Counted from the stretch's first letter, positions 45,891 to 56,998 are shown. The stretch: 64,000 bases of DNA from Oscillospiraceae bacterium (GCA_017465625.1 JAFTVV010000007.1:5935-69934), one strand, 5' to 3'. Program-made: numbers and translations. The notes: a model not told the origin generated them from the sequence alone.

Positions 45891-46370
45891 ATGGCAAAAG
45901 AATATAAGATTACCAGCCTGCGCCTGCAGGATTTGGAAAAGGAACTCAATTATTTAAAAACCACCCGTGAGCGCGAGATCGCTGCGATGATCGCAGAAGC
46001 ACGCTCCTATGGTGACTTGTCCGAAAACTCCGAATACGATGCCGCCAAGAATGAGCAGGCCAAGCTGTACGGCCGCATTGCCGAGATTGAAGACGTTCTG
46101 TCTCACGCTGTGATCATCGAGGACGAGAACGAGCTGAACGGTCGTGTAGGTTTGGGCTGTACCGTTACCGTGCTGAATCCTGCCACCGGTGTGGAAACTG
46201 CTTATCGCATCACCGGATCTCAGGAAGCAGATCCGATGCAGTATAAGCTGTCCGACGATTCTCCCTTCGGTCGTGCCATTGTGGGCAAGTCCGCAGGCGA
46301 CACATTTGTGGTAAACGCACCCAATGGCTCTTATGAGATGAAGGTCGTTTCCGTCACCCGTGAGGGCTAA
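45891..46370 (+). CDS. greA: Transcription elongation factor GreA
   Basis: ARSYGDLSENSEYDAAK, SPFGRA. Confidence 0.95.
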   Translation: MAKEYKITSLRLQDLEKELNYLKTTREREIAAMIAEARSYGDLSENSEYDAAKNEQAKLYGRIAEIEDVLSHAVIIEDENELNGRVGLGCTVTVLNPATGVETAYRITGSQEADPMQYKLSDDSPFGRAIVGKSAGDTFVVNAPNGSYEMKVVSVTREG

Positions 46371-46373
46371 GCT

Positions 46374-47867
46374 ATGGCAAAGTTTGTACCGCAGGCGGAA
46401 CTGCCTGTTTCTGAGCAGGCACAGATTCGCCGCGATAAGCTGGCTGCACTGCAGGCCGAGGGACGCGATCCTTTTGTGCAGACCAAGTTTGATTTTGATA
46501 CGGATTCTGCCGCAATCAAGGCAGATTTTGAGGCCTTCGAGGGCAAGACCGTCTCTTTGGCAGGCCGTCTGATGAGCAAGCGGGGAATGGGCAAGGTGAG
46601 CTTTTGCGATCTGCAGGATTCCACCGGCCGCATCCAGCTGTTTGTAAAGATTGACGAGCTGGGCGAAGAGGAATTTGAATACTTCAAAAAGTACGACATT
46701 GGCGACATTGTGGGCGTGACCGGCGAGGTGTTTAAGACCAAAACCGAAGAGATTTCCGTCCGTGCAAAGCAGGTCACACTGCTCAGCAAGTCCCTGCTTC
46801 CTCTGCCGGAGAAGTTCCACGGTCTGACCGATAAGGAAATTCGTTTCCGCCAGCGCTATGTAGACCTGATGGTGAATCCCGAGGTGAAGCGCAACTTCAT
46901 CATCCGATCCAGGTTCATCAAGTTTATGCGCAATTATTTGGACAATATGGGTTATATCGAGGTAGAAACCCCTGTGCTCAATACCATCGCAGGCGGTGCT
47001 TCTGCCCGTCCCTTCATCACCCATCACAACACCTTAGACATTGATATGTATATGCGTATCGCCACCGAGCTGCCCCTGAAGCGGCTGATTATTGGCGGTA
47101 TGGATCGGGTATATGAGATTGGCCGCATCTTCCGTAATGAGGGTATGGACCCCAAGCATAATCCGGAGTTCACCTCCGTGGAGCTGTATCAGGCCTATGC
47201 GGATTTCCACGATATGATGGATATTTGCGAGGGCATTATCTCCGGTGCCGCCAAGGAAATTCTGGGCACTTACGAGGTGGAATGGATGGGCGAGACCGTC
47301 AATCTGGCCCCCGGCTGGCGCAGAATGACCATGGTAGAGGCAGTCAAGGAGTACGTGGGCATTGATTTTGATGCCATCTCCGATGATGCCGAGGCAGTTG
47401 CCGCCGCAAAGGCAAAGGGCGTGGAACTCAGCGATGCCGCAGAAAAGACCTGGGGTAATGCCCTGTATGCCTGCTTCGACCAGAGAGTGGAAGAGCATTT
47501 GGTGCAGCCCACCTTCATCACGATGTATCCTGTGGAGGTCAGCCCCCTGACCAAGCGCAGTCCCAAAGACCCCCGTCTGACCGAGCGTTTTGAGGCGTTC
47601 ATCTGCCACAGCGAGATGGGTAATGCCTACTCCGAGCTGAATGACCCTGTGGATCAAAGAGGTCGTTTTATGAAGCAGGTAGAACAGCGTGAGAGAGGCG
47701 ACGACGAAACAGAGATGCTGGACGAGGACTTCCTCAATGCTATGGAATACGGTATGCCTCCCACGGGTGGTATGGGCATCGGCATTGACCGCTGTGTGAT
47801 GCTGCTCACCGGCAGCGACACCATCCGCGAAGTCATCCTCTTCCCCACGATGAAGCCCCTGGATTAA
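46374..47867 (+). CDS. lysS: Lysine-tRNA ligase
   Basis: RQRYVDL, EVETP, FRNEG, HNPEFT, YGMPPTGG. Confidence 0.97.
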   Translation: MAKFVPQAELPVSEQAQIRRDKLAALQAEGRDPFVQTKFDFDTDSAAIKADFEAFEGKTVSLAGRLMSKRGMGKVSFCDLQDSTGRIQLFVKIDELGEEEFEYFKKYDIGDIVGVTGEVFKTKTEEISVRAKQVTLLSKSLLPLPEKFHGLTDKEIRFRQRYVDLMVNPEVKRNFIIRSRFIKFMRNYLDNMGYIEVETPVLNTIAGGASARPFITHHNTLDIDMYMRIATELPLKRLIIGGMDRVYEIGRIFRNEGMDPKHNPEFTSVELYQAYADFHDMMDICEGIISGAAKEILGTYEVEWMGETVNLAPGWRRMTMVEAVKEYVGIDFDAISDDAEAVAAAKAKGVELSDAAEKTWGNALYACFDQRVEEHLVQPTFITMYPVEVSPLTKRSPKDPRLTERFEAFICHSEMGNAYSELNDPVDQRGRFMKQVEQRERGDDETEMLDEDFLNAMEYGMPPTGGMGIGIDRCVMLLTGSDTIREVILFPTMKPLD

Positions 47868-47911
47868 AACACGAACACCCTATGACCGTTAAAAGTCGTA
47901 GGGTGTTTTTG

Positions 47912-48115
47912 TTATATCCAGTATCCTTTAAATATGTAGTTACACAGGCAATATATGCCAAATACCAATGCGAATATAATCAGTACGAGAAGACTCTTCA
48001 AAAGAAACCGCAACAGCTTATTTGGCTTTTGCTTGATTTTAAGTTTCAAGTTTTCGTATTTGGATTCAAAAGGCATAAAAAGTATGGAAAGAATGAACTC
48101 TAAAATGTCATCCAT
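47912..48115 (-). CDS. Small hypothetical membrane protein
   Basis: GGAGG RBS; 67 aa with TM segment. Confidence 0.55.
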   Translation of the reverse strand: MDDILEFILSILFMPFESKYENLKLKIKQKPNKLLRFLLKSLLVLIIFALVFGIYCLCNYIFKGYWI

Positions 48116-48313
48116 ACTACCGCCTCCCTTTGCATTTGAACTTCAGAGTAATTATATAACTGATGCGCATAAATTGCAATATATTGGACGGATTTCAGAC
48201 TGCTTGATACAGCAGATGCATTTTCTGCATATTTTTAAATGCTTATTATGCATTAACTATTGAATTTCTGCACATACTATTGTATAATTATGTGCAGAAA
48301 CGGAGGGGCGACT

Positions 48314-49360
48314 ATGAGAAAGTTTGATTATTCCTTTTTAAGCAATGGCTTGCTGCCGGCGAATTTGATCAATATTACATCCGGCATCGCATCATTAAAG
48401 ACAATGGCAGGTGTTCGCAAAGAAGAATATGCAAAGATATTTACCGAACTGGAAGCAGTAGCTAAGGTTCAATCGGTAAAGAGTTCTAATGCTATTGAAG
48501 GTATCGTTACCAGTGACGAGCGTATTGCTGCTATTGTAAACCAAGACAGTGCTCCCCTGAACCATACAGAGGGCGAAATCGCAGGTTATAGGGATGCTTT
48601 GAACGCAATTCATTTGCACCACGACATTTTAGATCTACGGCAAAGCGATATCTTAAGATTACACGAAACTATGATGCAAATTGCCGGTTACGAGTACGGC
48701 GGTCAGTACAAGACGGGCGATAACTATATTATTGAAGAAGATAAGCAAGGCAACAGAAAAGTCCGATTTAAGCCCACACCGGCCTCTGAGGTAAACGAGG
48801 CAATGGAGCAGTTGGAGCTTGCTTATATGGATGCTCGCAATGACGCTAACATCAATCCGCTTCTGTTGATTCCCTGCGTTGTGCTTGACTTCATGTGTAT
48901 TCACCCTTTCCGCGATGGCAACGGCAGAATGTCACGCCTACTATCCTTGTTATTACTTTATAAAAACGGCTATGATGCAGGAAAGTATGTTTCCTTCGAA
49001 GAACAGATTAACAATTACAAAGCATACTATTACGAAGCATTGCGAGAATCCTCTATCGGTTGGCACGAAAACCAAAACTCTTATATTCCCTTTATTGAGA
49101 ATTTCCTTTCTACACTCTATATGTGCTATAAAGAATTGGACAAGCGTTTTGCCGTTGTTCACGGCAAGAAGATCACAAAGACGGCAAGAATCAAGGCAAC
49201 TGTGTTCAATAGCTTAGTACCGATTTCTAAGGCGGATATTTGCGGCATACTGCCGGATGTCAGCCCTACAACCGTCGAAGCAGTATTAAGCAAAATGGTA
49301 AGAGACGGACAAATCAAGAAGATCGGTCAATCCCGAATGACCCGATATGTTAAAGCATAG
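48314..49360 (+). CDS. Fic family protein
   Basis: SSNAIEG, HPFRDGNGRMSR, C-terminal wHTH. Confidence 0.9.
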   Translation: MRKFDYSFLSNGLLPANLINITSGIASLKTMAGVRKEEYAKIFTELEAVAKVQSVKSSNAIEGIVTSDERIAAIVNQDSAPLNHTEGEIAGYRDALNAIHLHHDILDLRQSDILRLHETMMQIAGYEYGGQYKTGDNYIIEEDKQGNRKVRFKPTPASEVNEAMEQLELAYMDARNDANINPLLLIPCVVLDFMCIHPFRDGNGRMSRLLSLLLLYKNGYDAGKYVSFEEQINNYKAYYYEALRESSIGWHENQNSYIPFIENFLSTLYMCYKELDKRFAVVHGKKITKTARIKATVFNSLVPISKADICGILPDVSPTTVEAVLSKMVRDGQIKKIGQSRMTRYVKA

Positions 49361-49620
49361 AAAGAGACGGACATTCACACGCATATCTTACCGAGTTTAC
49401 AGAAGAAGGAAAGGAAAGTTTTCTACAAGAATATAAAGAGGATTGGGCTCTGTTAGATTCAGGGTTGCCTGTATATGACTAACCGCAGCGGAGTGAGATA
49501 CACTCCGCTGCTTGTTTATATGTGGTTTTGGAGAAAAGTGCTGTCTTCGGACGGCACTTTCTTTTTGCTTATAGGCATAAAAATCCCCCGACAGCAAATG
49601 CCATCGAGGGAAGTAGAAGA

Positions 49621-49863
49621 CTATTTGATTTCCTGTTCCAAAGCGTCAAACTCCGGTGTACTGAAAAACTCACCAAGGGTGATTTCAAAAGCATCACATA
49701 ACTTCTTGATTGTAACACTGCCCGGATTCTGACTCTCACCGTTCAAGATACTTTTGATGGTGGATTGGGGGACTGCAGATAGATTACTTAGCCCATTGGG
49801 AGTGATGCCCTGTTTATTACACAGTTGGCGAATTCGATATGCAATTGCTTCAGCTGTATTCAT
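49621..49863 (-). CDS. XRE family HTH regulator
   Basis: RIRQLC..LS..SAVPQSTI..NP..TIKKLC. Confidence 0.85.
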   Translation of the reverse strand: MNTAEAIAYRIRQLCNKQGITPNGLSNLSAVPQSTIKSILNGESQNPGSVTIKKLCDAFEITLGEFFSTPEFDALEQEIK

Positions 49864-49875
49864 ACGCACCACCTC

Positions 49876-49975
49876 CAGTTGATTTATCACTAATATGATA
49901 ACCGAAATGAAGGATACACATTAGTGAATATTCACTAACTTGAAAATTTATGCTATAATAGTGATACATCACTAA
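49876..49975. promoter_or_regulatory. Three TTAGTGA-N4-TCACTAA-type operators between divergent genes
   Basis: Perfect at 49921-49938, near-perfect at 49958-49975, half-conserved at 49876-49893; flank TATAAT at 49954. Confidence 0.7.
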
Positions 49976-49988
49976 TTGGAGGTGCACT

Positions 49989-50420
49989 ATGAAAGTATGT
50001 ACTTTTTTCGGGCACAGGGAGTGCTATGACTTAAAAAGAGAGATTCTGTATGCGAGCATTGCGGATCTCATTCATCAGGGGGTGGACACCTTTTATGTTG
50101 GGAATCAGGGATATTTTGACGGTATGGTATATAGCTGTTTGAAGAGTCTTCGCACCGTTTATCCCCATATCCGAATTTCTGTTGTGCTGGCATATCTGCC
50201 AACGCAGACGAATGAGGAAAAGGATCTGTCTGATACCATTTATCCCGAAATAGAAGGACACCCCAAATATGCCATTGAGCGTCGAAACCGGTGGATGATC
50301 GAAATGGCAGATTGCTGCTTGTGCTATATCTGCCACACCTGGGGCGGTGCGTATAAATTTGCCCGACAGGCAAAAAGAAAGGGATTAAAAGTCATAAACC
50401 TGGGGGATGTGAAGCTCTGA
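49989..50420 (+). CDS. SLOG/YpsA-like protein
   Basis: CTFFGHR, FYVG..G.FD, RNRWMI, GGA. Confidence 0.65.
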   Translation: MKVCTFFGHRECYDLKREILYASIADLIHQGVDTFYVGNQGYFDGMVYSCLKSLRTVYPHIRISVVLAYLPTQTNEEKDLSDTIYPEIEGHPKYAIERRNRWMIEMADCCLCYICHTWGGAYKFARQAKRKGLKVINLGDVKL

Positions 50421-50500
50421 AGCTTTTCCGCAGGGTATAAAGAGGGGAGTGCCGCAAAATGAATGAGACACCCCCGAAAAGATATGGATCAAAATCCAAC

Positions 50501-50715
50501 TGTAGGGAACGGCCTGTGTGCCGTTCCTTTTTGTGCAATTTGATGAATAGTATCCCGTTTACGAAAGGGAAGAATCAGATCATAAAGAATAGATAAGAGA
50601 AAATCTGTCGGCATTGCCGACAGATTAAAATAATTGCGGGCAGATGATATCTGCCCCTACGAATCCTATCGCACGTTTTCGTTCAATAGCGGGCGGATAT
50701 CATCCGCCCGCTATT
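50501..50715. repeat. Cluster of REP-like palindromes
   Basis: GTAGGGAACGGCCTGTGTGCCGTTCC; CGGGCAGATGATATCTGCCCCTAC; AATAGCGGGCGGATATCATCCGCCCGCTATT. Confidence 0.6.
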
Positions 50716-50726
50716 TAAATGTGCAC

Positions 50727-51359
50727 TTAATCCGGGAACAGCACGTCCTCTAATGCGGCGCACAGCCAGTGATATACCGGCAAATGGTACTCCTGCACCT
50801 GATATGTTTCCTGTGCCGGGACACGAATGGCCGCATCAGCCAATTCAGAAAGGGGACTGTTCTTTTGACCGGTCAGGGAGATGACCTGCATACCCTTCTG
50901 CTTTGCCGCCTGTGCCGCATACTTTACATTTTTTGCGCCGCCGGAGGTGGAGAGACCGATCAGTACGTCACCGGGCTTGCCCATTGCCCAAACAAGCTGG
51001 GCATACATCAGCTGGGGATCTGTATCATTGCAGACCGCGCTGATGGGTGCGGCAAAACCGGGCAGATTGATGGCGCAAAAGCCGCCCTGCAGGGTATCTG
51101 CCACCCAAGCGCCTTCCTCACCGTAGGCTTCCTGCCACTTGGATTTTTCCTGTGCAGAAAGCGCCCTTTTTTTCAAAAAGCCCTTCAGGCACTCACCGGC
51201 AATATGGTCGCTGTCGGAGCAGCTGCCGCCGTTTCCGCAAAGCAGAAGCTTGCCGCCGTTTTTCACACAGTCGATGAGCAAACTCAGCGCCTTTTCCATA
51301 TCCTCCTTACAACCTGCAAGTTGAGGATACCGCTGAAAAATCAGTTCTTTATCATACAT
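50727..51359 (-). CDS. SIS-domain sugar isomerase (GmhA-like)
   Basis: LCGNGGS, GDVLIGLSTSG, QEYH. Confidence 0.85.
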   Translation of the reverse strand: MYDKELIFQRYPQLAGCKEDMEKALSLLIDCVKNGGKLLLCGNGGSCSDSDHIAGECLKGFLKKRALSAQEKSKWQEAYGEEGAWVADTLQGGFCAINLPGFAAPISAVCNDTDPQLMYAQLVWAMGKPGDVLIGLSTSGGAKNVKYAAQAAKQKGMQVISLTGQKNSPLSELADAAIRVPAQETYQVQEYHLPVYHWLCAALEDVLFPD

Positions 51360-52251
51360 TTTGCAAATCCTCCCATCCGGTGACCGCCACAGAGATCGCG
51401 GCCATATCGCCAATGCTTTCGCCCAGTGCGGCAGGCACAACTTCACATACCTGCCAGCTGCAATCCAGTGCCTCCTGCGCAATGACTTTCTCCATAGGAC
51501 CACGGAAGAGATCTTCTGCACGGGCAAAAATACTGCCAATTACAATTTTTTGGGGATTGAGGATGTCGATCAAAATCGAAAGGCCCTGTCCCAGTCGGGT
51601 GGCAGATTCGTTGATAATTGCAAGGGCCTTTTCGTCCCCGTTTTTTGCCGCGTCGCAAATTTCCTTGGTGGTTTGAAAATCACCGCCCATAATTTTGCCC
51701 AGCTTTGCAATGCCGCCGCCGGAGCAGAAGCCTTCAAAAGAGCCGGCTTTTCCAAAACCTACAGGGCCATCCTTGGCAAGGCGTACGTGACCGGCTTCAC
51801 CGGCCATACCGCAAGTGCCCTCGTAGAGTCTTCCGTTGAGAATCAGTCCTGCGCCCAAACCGGTGCCAAAGGTTAAAAAGATCATATTTTTTGTGCCTTT
51901 GCCTGCACCGTATTTCCACTCTGCCAGTCCGCAGGCGTTGGCATCATTGGCAAGAAATGCCGGTGCGCCAAAAGCCTCGGACAACAGCTTCGTAATATGG
52001 ATATCTTTCCAGCCGGGAAGATTGGGTGGCTCTTGAATAATGCCCCGGACGCTGTCCTGAGGACTGCCGCAGGATACGCCAATGGCCTTAGGTGCTTGTC
52101 CCTTTAACAGGGATTTGCCCACGCGGATCATCTCTGCGATGGTGTTTTCAGGAGTGGTCGTTTCAAATTTGATTTTTTCTAAGATTTTTCCGTCTTGCGT
52201 TCCCAGGCACAAAGCTGTTTTTGTGCCGCCAATATCAACGCCAAGAAACAT
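51352..52251 (-). CDS. ROK family sugar kinase
   Basis: GVDIGGTK, NDANA, GTGLGAG, GEAGH. Confidence 0.9.
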   Translation of the reverse strand: MFLGVDIGGTKTALCLGTQDGKILEKIKFETTTPENTIAEMIRVGKSLLKGQAPKAIGVSCGSPQDSVRGIIQEPPNLPGWKDIHITKLLSEAFGAPAFLANDANACGLAEWKYGAGKGTKNMIFLTFGTGLGAGLILNGRLYEGTCGMAGEAGHVRLAKDGPVGFGKAGSFEGFCSGGGIAKLGKIMGGDFQTTKEICDAAKNGDEKALAIINESATRLGQGLSILIDILNPQKIVIGSIFARAEDLFRGPMEKVIAQEALDCSWQVCEVVPAALGESIGDMAAISVAVTGWEDLQNV

Positions 52252-52445
52252 AGTATAACCTCCATACTATTCAATAATGTATTTTACTGTATCTTATCAT
52301 ATTTGCATCAAATATAAAAGTACTTTATAAAAAATTTCCCGTTGTTTTAGCTGGAAAAAGAGAATAAGGTATGTTAAAATTAAAACAATTAAATTTTTGG
52401 AAGACTCTGGCAATTTTGGAAAACCTGAACGGATGGGAGAAAGAT

Positions 52446-53357
52446 GTGATCTTGAAATATTCAATAAGTCCGAAGCTGATGCTGATTATATCTATGGCGA
52501 TATTTGGAACATTGGGATTATTTGTCCGCCATATCTCCGTATCGCCCGGAGAACTGGCACTGTATAGAGCAATGCTGGCGGTAATTATGCTGCTGGTTTT
52601 TTTCCTGGCAACAAGGCAGAAAATTCCATTTCGTGCAATCAAGAGGGAACTGCCGCTTTTGCTGCTTTCCGGTGTGGCGATGGGATTCAACTGGATTTTG
52701 CTGTTTCAGGCATACAAGTATACAACCGTCTCGGTGGCAACCCTCAGCTATTATTTTGCGCCGGTGATTGTGACGGTGGCCTGTCCCGTTTTGTTCAAAG
52801 AGAAAATGACCGCCAAAAGCTGGATTTGCTTTGCAATGTCCACTTTGGGGATTGTGCTGATTACAGGCGTTGGTGACGTGGCTTCCGGAAGCAACCACCT
52901 GTTTGGCATTGCCTTTGGTCTTGGGGCGGCGTGCCTGTACGCCACCGTGGTTCTGCTGAATAAATTTATTAAAAGGGTGGATGGAATCCACCGCACCTTT
53001 CTGCAATTTGTGGCGGCAATGGTGGTACTGATGCCTTATGTGGGCGTAACAAGCGGTGTGACCCTTTCCGCGTTGGATGCAACCGGCTGGATTTGTCTGC
53101 TGGTGGTGGGTTTGGTGCATACGGGACTGAACTACTGTCTGTATTTTTCCTCCCTGAAGGAACTGCCGGGGCAAAAAGCGGCAATACTCAGCTATATCGA
53201 TCCTTTGATGGCGGTGATGATATCCGTGTCCATATTGGGAGAGCGTTTGTCACCGGTGCAGCTGCTGGGTGGACTGCTGATCTTAGGCTTTACCCTGTGG
53301 AATGAGCTTCATACCGGAAAAAAGAAGAATAAACAACACTTTACCCAAAATTGTTGA
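52446..53357 (+). CDS. DMT/EamA family transporter
   Basis: About 10 TM in two EamA repeats; start uncertain. Confidence 0.85.
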   Translation: MILKYSISPKLMLIISMAIFGTLGLFVRHISVSPGELALYRAMLAVIMLLVFFLATRQKIPFRAIKRELPLLLLSGVAMGFNWILLFQAYKYTTVSVATLSYYFAPVIVTVACPVLFKEKMTAKSWICFAMSTLGIVLITGVGDVASGSNHLFGIAFGLGAACLYATVVLLNKFIKRVDGIHRTFLQFVAAMVVLMPYVGVTSGVTLSALDATGWICLLVVGLVHTGLNYCLYFSSLKELPGQKAAILSYIDPLMAVMISVSILGERLSPVQLLGGLLILGFTLWNELHTGKKKNKQHFTQNC

Positions 53358-53545
53358 TCTTGGGTGTGACGCGCATCGGTGGATACCATAGAGGCGTATC
53401 TCAGCGGCAAAAAGGCAGACGGTTTATCTTTGCAAGGTTCTTGAAATGATGTGCCTTTTAGCATATAATACACTTGCTATTGCCGATTTTATCCAGTAGG
53501 ACTTTGGGTGCTTATGTATCCGTGCTATGAAAAGGAAGTTGAGCT

Positions 53546-55996
53546 ATGAGAAAAATTTTATTGGATGGTGTATGGGAGGGGTTGCGCCCCGCGAATAACG
53601 AGCGTTTTCCTGCAACTGTACCCGGCTGCGTACATACCGATTTGATGAAAATAGGCAAACTGCCTGCCGACATTTATTGGCGGGATACGGCTCAGCAGGT
53701 GCAGTGGATCGAAGATGAAGACTGGATCTACACCAAGCAGTTCACGGTAGACACGCTGGAAGAGGGTGCGGCACTGGTTTTTGAGTGTCTGGATACCTAT
53801 GCGGAAATATACCTGAACGATCAGCACGTGGGCACAGCGGAGAATATGTTTATTACCCACCGTTTTCCGGTAGATGGCAAGCTGAAGCAGGGAGAAAACG
53901 TATTGCGCGTAGAGTTTTCCTCTCCCGTACGCCGCACAAAGGATACGCCCGACAGATCTGCGGCTTTTTCCAAAGGCCGTCTGTATACCCGTCGTATGCA
54001 ATGCACCTACGGCTGGGACTGGACGATGCGTTTTGTCACCTGCGGCATCGAGAAGAGCTGCTATCTGGAATTTGACAACCAACCCCGTGCCACCGATACC
54101 TACGTTTATACCGATCATCTGGATCGTTTCGGTGCGCAATTGGTGTGTGACACCCATTTTGTAAATTACGAAAAGGGCCTGACCTATACCATCACACTCA
54201 TAGACCCGCAGGGCAATATTGTGTATTCCAACACCCGTTACTGTGAAGAGCACTGGCATCGGGAGTATATTACGGTGGAAAACCCCCAGCTGTGGTATCC
54301 TGTGGGATACGGTGCACAGCCGCTTTACACGCTTCAAATCACCTGCGGTGAGGAAATGCTCCGCCACAGGGTCGGTATTCGCACGGTCAGAATTCTGCAA
54401 AATCAGGATCAGCCCAACACAGAAAGTTATGCTCTGTGTGAAAAGCTGAAGAACACCGACTCCGGTAAAGATTGGGATTTTAATCAGACTTATTCTTGCT
54501 TTACACCGGTGATCAATGGGGAGAAGATTTTCTGCAAGGGGGCAGACTGGGCGCCTGTTGAGCCGTTTGTCTCTGAGGTACGCAAGGAAAAGATTACAAA
54601 GATTCTGGAACTGGCCGTCCAAATGGGACTGAATATGATCCGTGTTTGGGGCGGCGGTATGTTTGAAACTGAGCACTTCTATGCCGAGTGCGACCGACTG
54701 GGTATTATGGTCAATCAGGACTTTTTGATGGCCTGCGGTGATTATCCGGAGGAAGAGGACTGGTTTGTAGAGGCACTGCGGAAGGAAGCAGAATATGCCG
54801 CCTATGCGCTGCGTAACCACCCCAGTCTGGTATGGTGGAATGGCGATAACGAAAATGCCGTGGCAGGCAACGAACGGATGAAGGAATACTGGGGCAGAAC
54901 TGCCGCAATGAAGGCTATCGGACCGGTGCTGAACAAGCTGGATCCCACCCGTGTGTTCCTGGCATCCAGTCCCTACGGCGGTGACCGTTATGCCTCCAAA
55001 ACTGTGGGAACGACCCACAATACCCAGTTTTTGGGCACGTTCTTTGCCTATCTTGAAAAAGAGGATTTGTCGGATTACAAAGACGAGTACAAGCAGTATT
55101 TGGCCCGTTTTATTGCGGAAGAGCCGTCTATGGGCGCGGTGAGTACCTTCTCTCTGCGCCGTATGATGGAGGAGACGGATATTTACGGGGCAGAGGATAT
55201 GCTGCTTTATCATACCCAGGGTAATCCTGCTCTGCTCAGAGAGCTTTATGATTACGAAAAGCTCTTTACGGAAAAGGTGCTGGGCGCGTTTAAGGATGGA
55301 CAGGATCGGCTGTTTAAGCTGCAGTATATCCAGTACGAATGGGTGCGCATTTCCTTTGAACAGGCACGCAGAAACCTTTGGTTTAACAGCGGTCTGTTGT
55401 ACTGGATGCTGGCCGACTGCTGGCCTGCCGCATCGGGTTGGGCACTGATTGACTATTACGGCCTGCCCAAGGCGTCCTACTATAGCTTCCACCGCTGTGC
55501 ACAGACGGTGGTAGGCAGTATCGACGCAGAGGACGGCAGATATACCCTGTATGTGACCAATGACGGTATGACCGCCCAAAGCTTGCAGGCGACTGTTCAA
55601 AAAATCAATTATAAAACCGGCGAAACCGTATTCTGCGACCGCCTGACGGTTCAGGTGGATGGGCAGGCGGTGACGAAAGTGCCCTTGCAGACAGTATTGG
55701 CACAGGACGAAATTCTGGTCTGTGACCTGCAAAATGCACAGGTACAGGATCGTTGCTTCTACAAGGTGGGCGACCTGAAGCTGGAGCAGACCCAGTCTGT
55801 GCGCATCGTCGCTCAAACAGCAGATTCGGTGACCGTGGAGGCAAATGCATACGTGCACGCCGTGGCACTGGAAGGGGACGGGGGATTCAGCGACAGCTAC
55901 TTCTCCCTCTTGCCGGGTGAACGCCGCACCGTGACCTTTACCCCCACAGAGCACACGACCCCGGAAATCACCTGTATGGGCTACACCCTGATTTAA
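53546..55996 (+). CDS. GH2 beta-mannosidase-like glycoside hydrolase
   Basis: VPGCVHTDL, YGWDW, NMIRVWGGG, WNGDNE, WMLADCWP. Confidence 0.88.
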   Translation: MRKILLDGVWEGLRPANNERFPATVPGCVHTDLMKIGKLPADIYWRDTAQQVQWIEDEDWIYTKQFTVDTLEEGAALVFECLDTYAEIYLNDQHVGTAENMFITHRFPVDGKLKQGENVLRVEFSSPVRRTKDTPDRSAAFSKGRLYTRRMQCTYGWDWTMRFVTCGIEKSCYLEFDNQPRATDTYVYTDHLDRFGAQLVCDTHFVNYEKGLTYTITLIDPQGNIVYSNTRYCEEHWHREYITVENPQLWYPVGYGAQPLYTLQITCGEEMLRHRVGIRTVRILQNQDQPNTESYALCEKLKNTDSGKDWDFNQTYSCFTPVINGEKIFCKGADWAPVEPFVSEVRKEKITKILELAVQMGLNMIRVWGGGMFETEHFYAECDRLGIMVNQDFLMACGDYPEEEDWFVEALRKEAEYAAYALRNHPSLVWWNGDNENAVAGNERMKEYWGRTAAMKAIGPVLNKLDPTRVFLASSPYGGDRYASKTVGTTHNTQFLGTFFAYLEKEDLSDYKDEYKQYLARFIAEEPSMGAVSTFSLRRMMEETDIYGAEDMLLYHTQGNPALLRELYDYEKLFTEKVLGAFKDGQDRLFKLQYIQYEWVRISFEQARRNLWFNSGLLYWMLADCWPAASGWALIDYYGLPKASYYSFHRCAQTVVGSIDAEDGRYTLYVTNDGMTAQSLQATVQKINYKTGETVFCDRLTVQVDGQAVTKVPLQTVLAQDEILVCDLQNAQVQDRCFYKVGDLKLEQTQSVRIVAQTADSVTVEANAYVHAVALEGDGGFSDSYFSLLPGERRTVTFTPTEHTTPEITCMGYTLI

Positions 55997-56053
55997 TTTC
56001 AAACAAAAAGGAGCTGTTGCGCAATGTCGCAACAGCTCCTTTTTAAAGATGCA

Positions 56054-56998
56054 TTATTGAACGTGGGTGTGATTGCCAATGTGCTCTTCGCAGTAGCAGT
56101 AATAGCCGCTGCACTTGGAGCAATACCGAAATTCCAGTTCCGGATTGGTCACATCGGTCCTGCCGCACACCGTGCAGCGATGGGTATAAGACTGTGTGCC
56201 TTTTTGCGCGCCCCGGTCGAAGGGGGTGGAACCGGATTGCTGACGGGATTCCTTTTTGGGCGGAGTATGGCGCACCGTTTTGGGACGGTTTCCCTTATAT
56301 TTCCAAGCGCCGGGAATAATATTCAGACAATCCTTGCCAAAGAACAGCAGGTAATTCAAAATGGGAATCAGAGGGAACAGATAGTGGGGGAAAAGTAAAC
56401 CGGCATGCACAAAATCTGCAACAGAGAACACCAGGTAAATCATATAGAAAAGTGCTAAGACCCAGGCTCTGATGGGAATAAGGAAGAAAAGCAGAAATTG
56501 GGTGTCGGGATACAGTGTAGCAAAGCACAGTACCAAAGCCAAATGGTGGAACATTCCAAGGAAGTCCGCATAAAAGGCGGTGATACTTTGGACACTGGGT
56601 ACTAAACTGGGGTAATGGAAGATGTCTATTGTTTCTCCGCCTACAGCCATCAGGAAAATATCCATCAGCAGAATGGACGAAAAGTAGTACAAATTAAACT
56701 TGAATGTGCCCATTGCGTTTTCCACTGCCCGTCCCAGGAAATAGTAGCAGTACGCGGTGATCAGCGCGGACAGGATGTTTGATTCCGTCGTGAACACATA
56801 GGTTACTAAACGCCACACCTCTCCTTTGAGGATGCGGTCGTAGTCAAACCGCAGCATTTCATATATATAGGTGTATCCGAGCTGAGCCATCATCGTTGTC
56901 ACGGCAGAGCCGATAGCCACAAAAAGCATCAGGTTGGGGATGCCCTTTGAACGGTGATTAAAGCAGAAACGGTCAAATTTACGGCGAAGCTTGCCCAA
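56054..56998 (-). CDS. Rhomboid-like membrane protein with C-terminal Cys/His zinc finger
   Basis: GEVWRLVT, multiple TM; HRCTVCG..CSKC..YCEEH..H. Confidence 0.65.
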   Translation of the reverse strand: MGKLRRKFDRFCFNHRSKGIPNLMLFVAIGSAVTTMMAQLGYTYIYEMLRFDYDRILKGEVWRLVTYVFTTESNILSALITAYCYYFLGRAVENAMGTFKFNLYYFSSILLMDIFLMAVGGETIDIFHYPSLVPSVQSITAFYADFLGMFHHLALVLCFATLYPDTQFLLFFLIPIRAWVLALFYMIYLVFSVADFVHAGLLFPHYLFPLIPILNYLLFFGKDCLNIIPGAWKYKGNRPKTVRHTPPKKESRQQSGSTPFDRGAQKGTQSYTHRCTVCGRTDVTNPELEFRYCSKCSGYYCYCEEHIGNHTHVQ

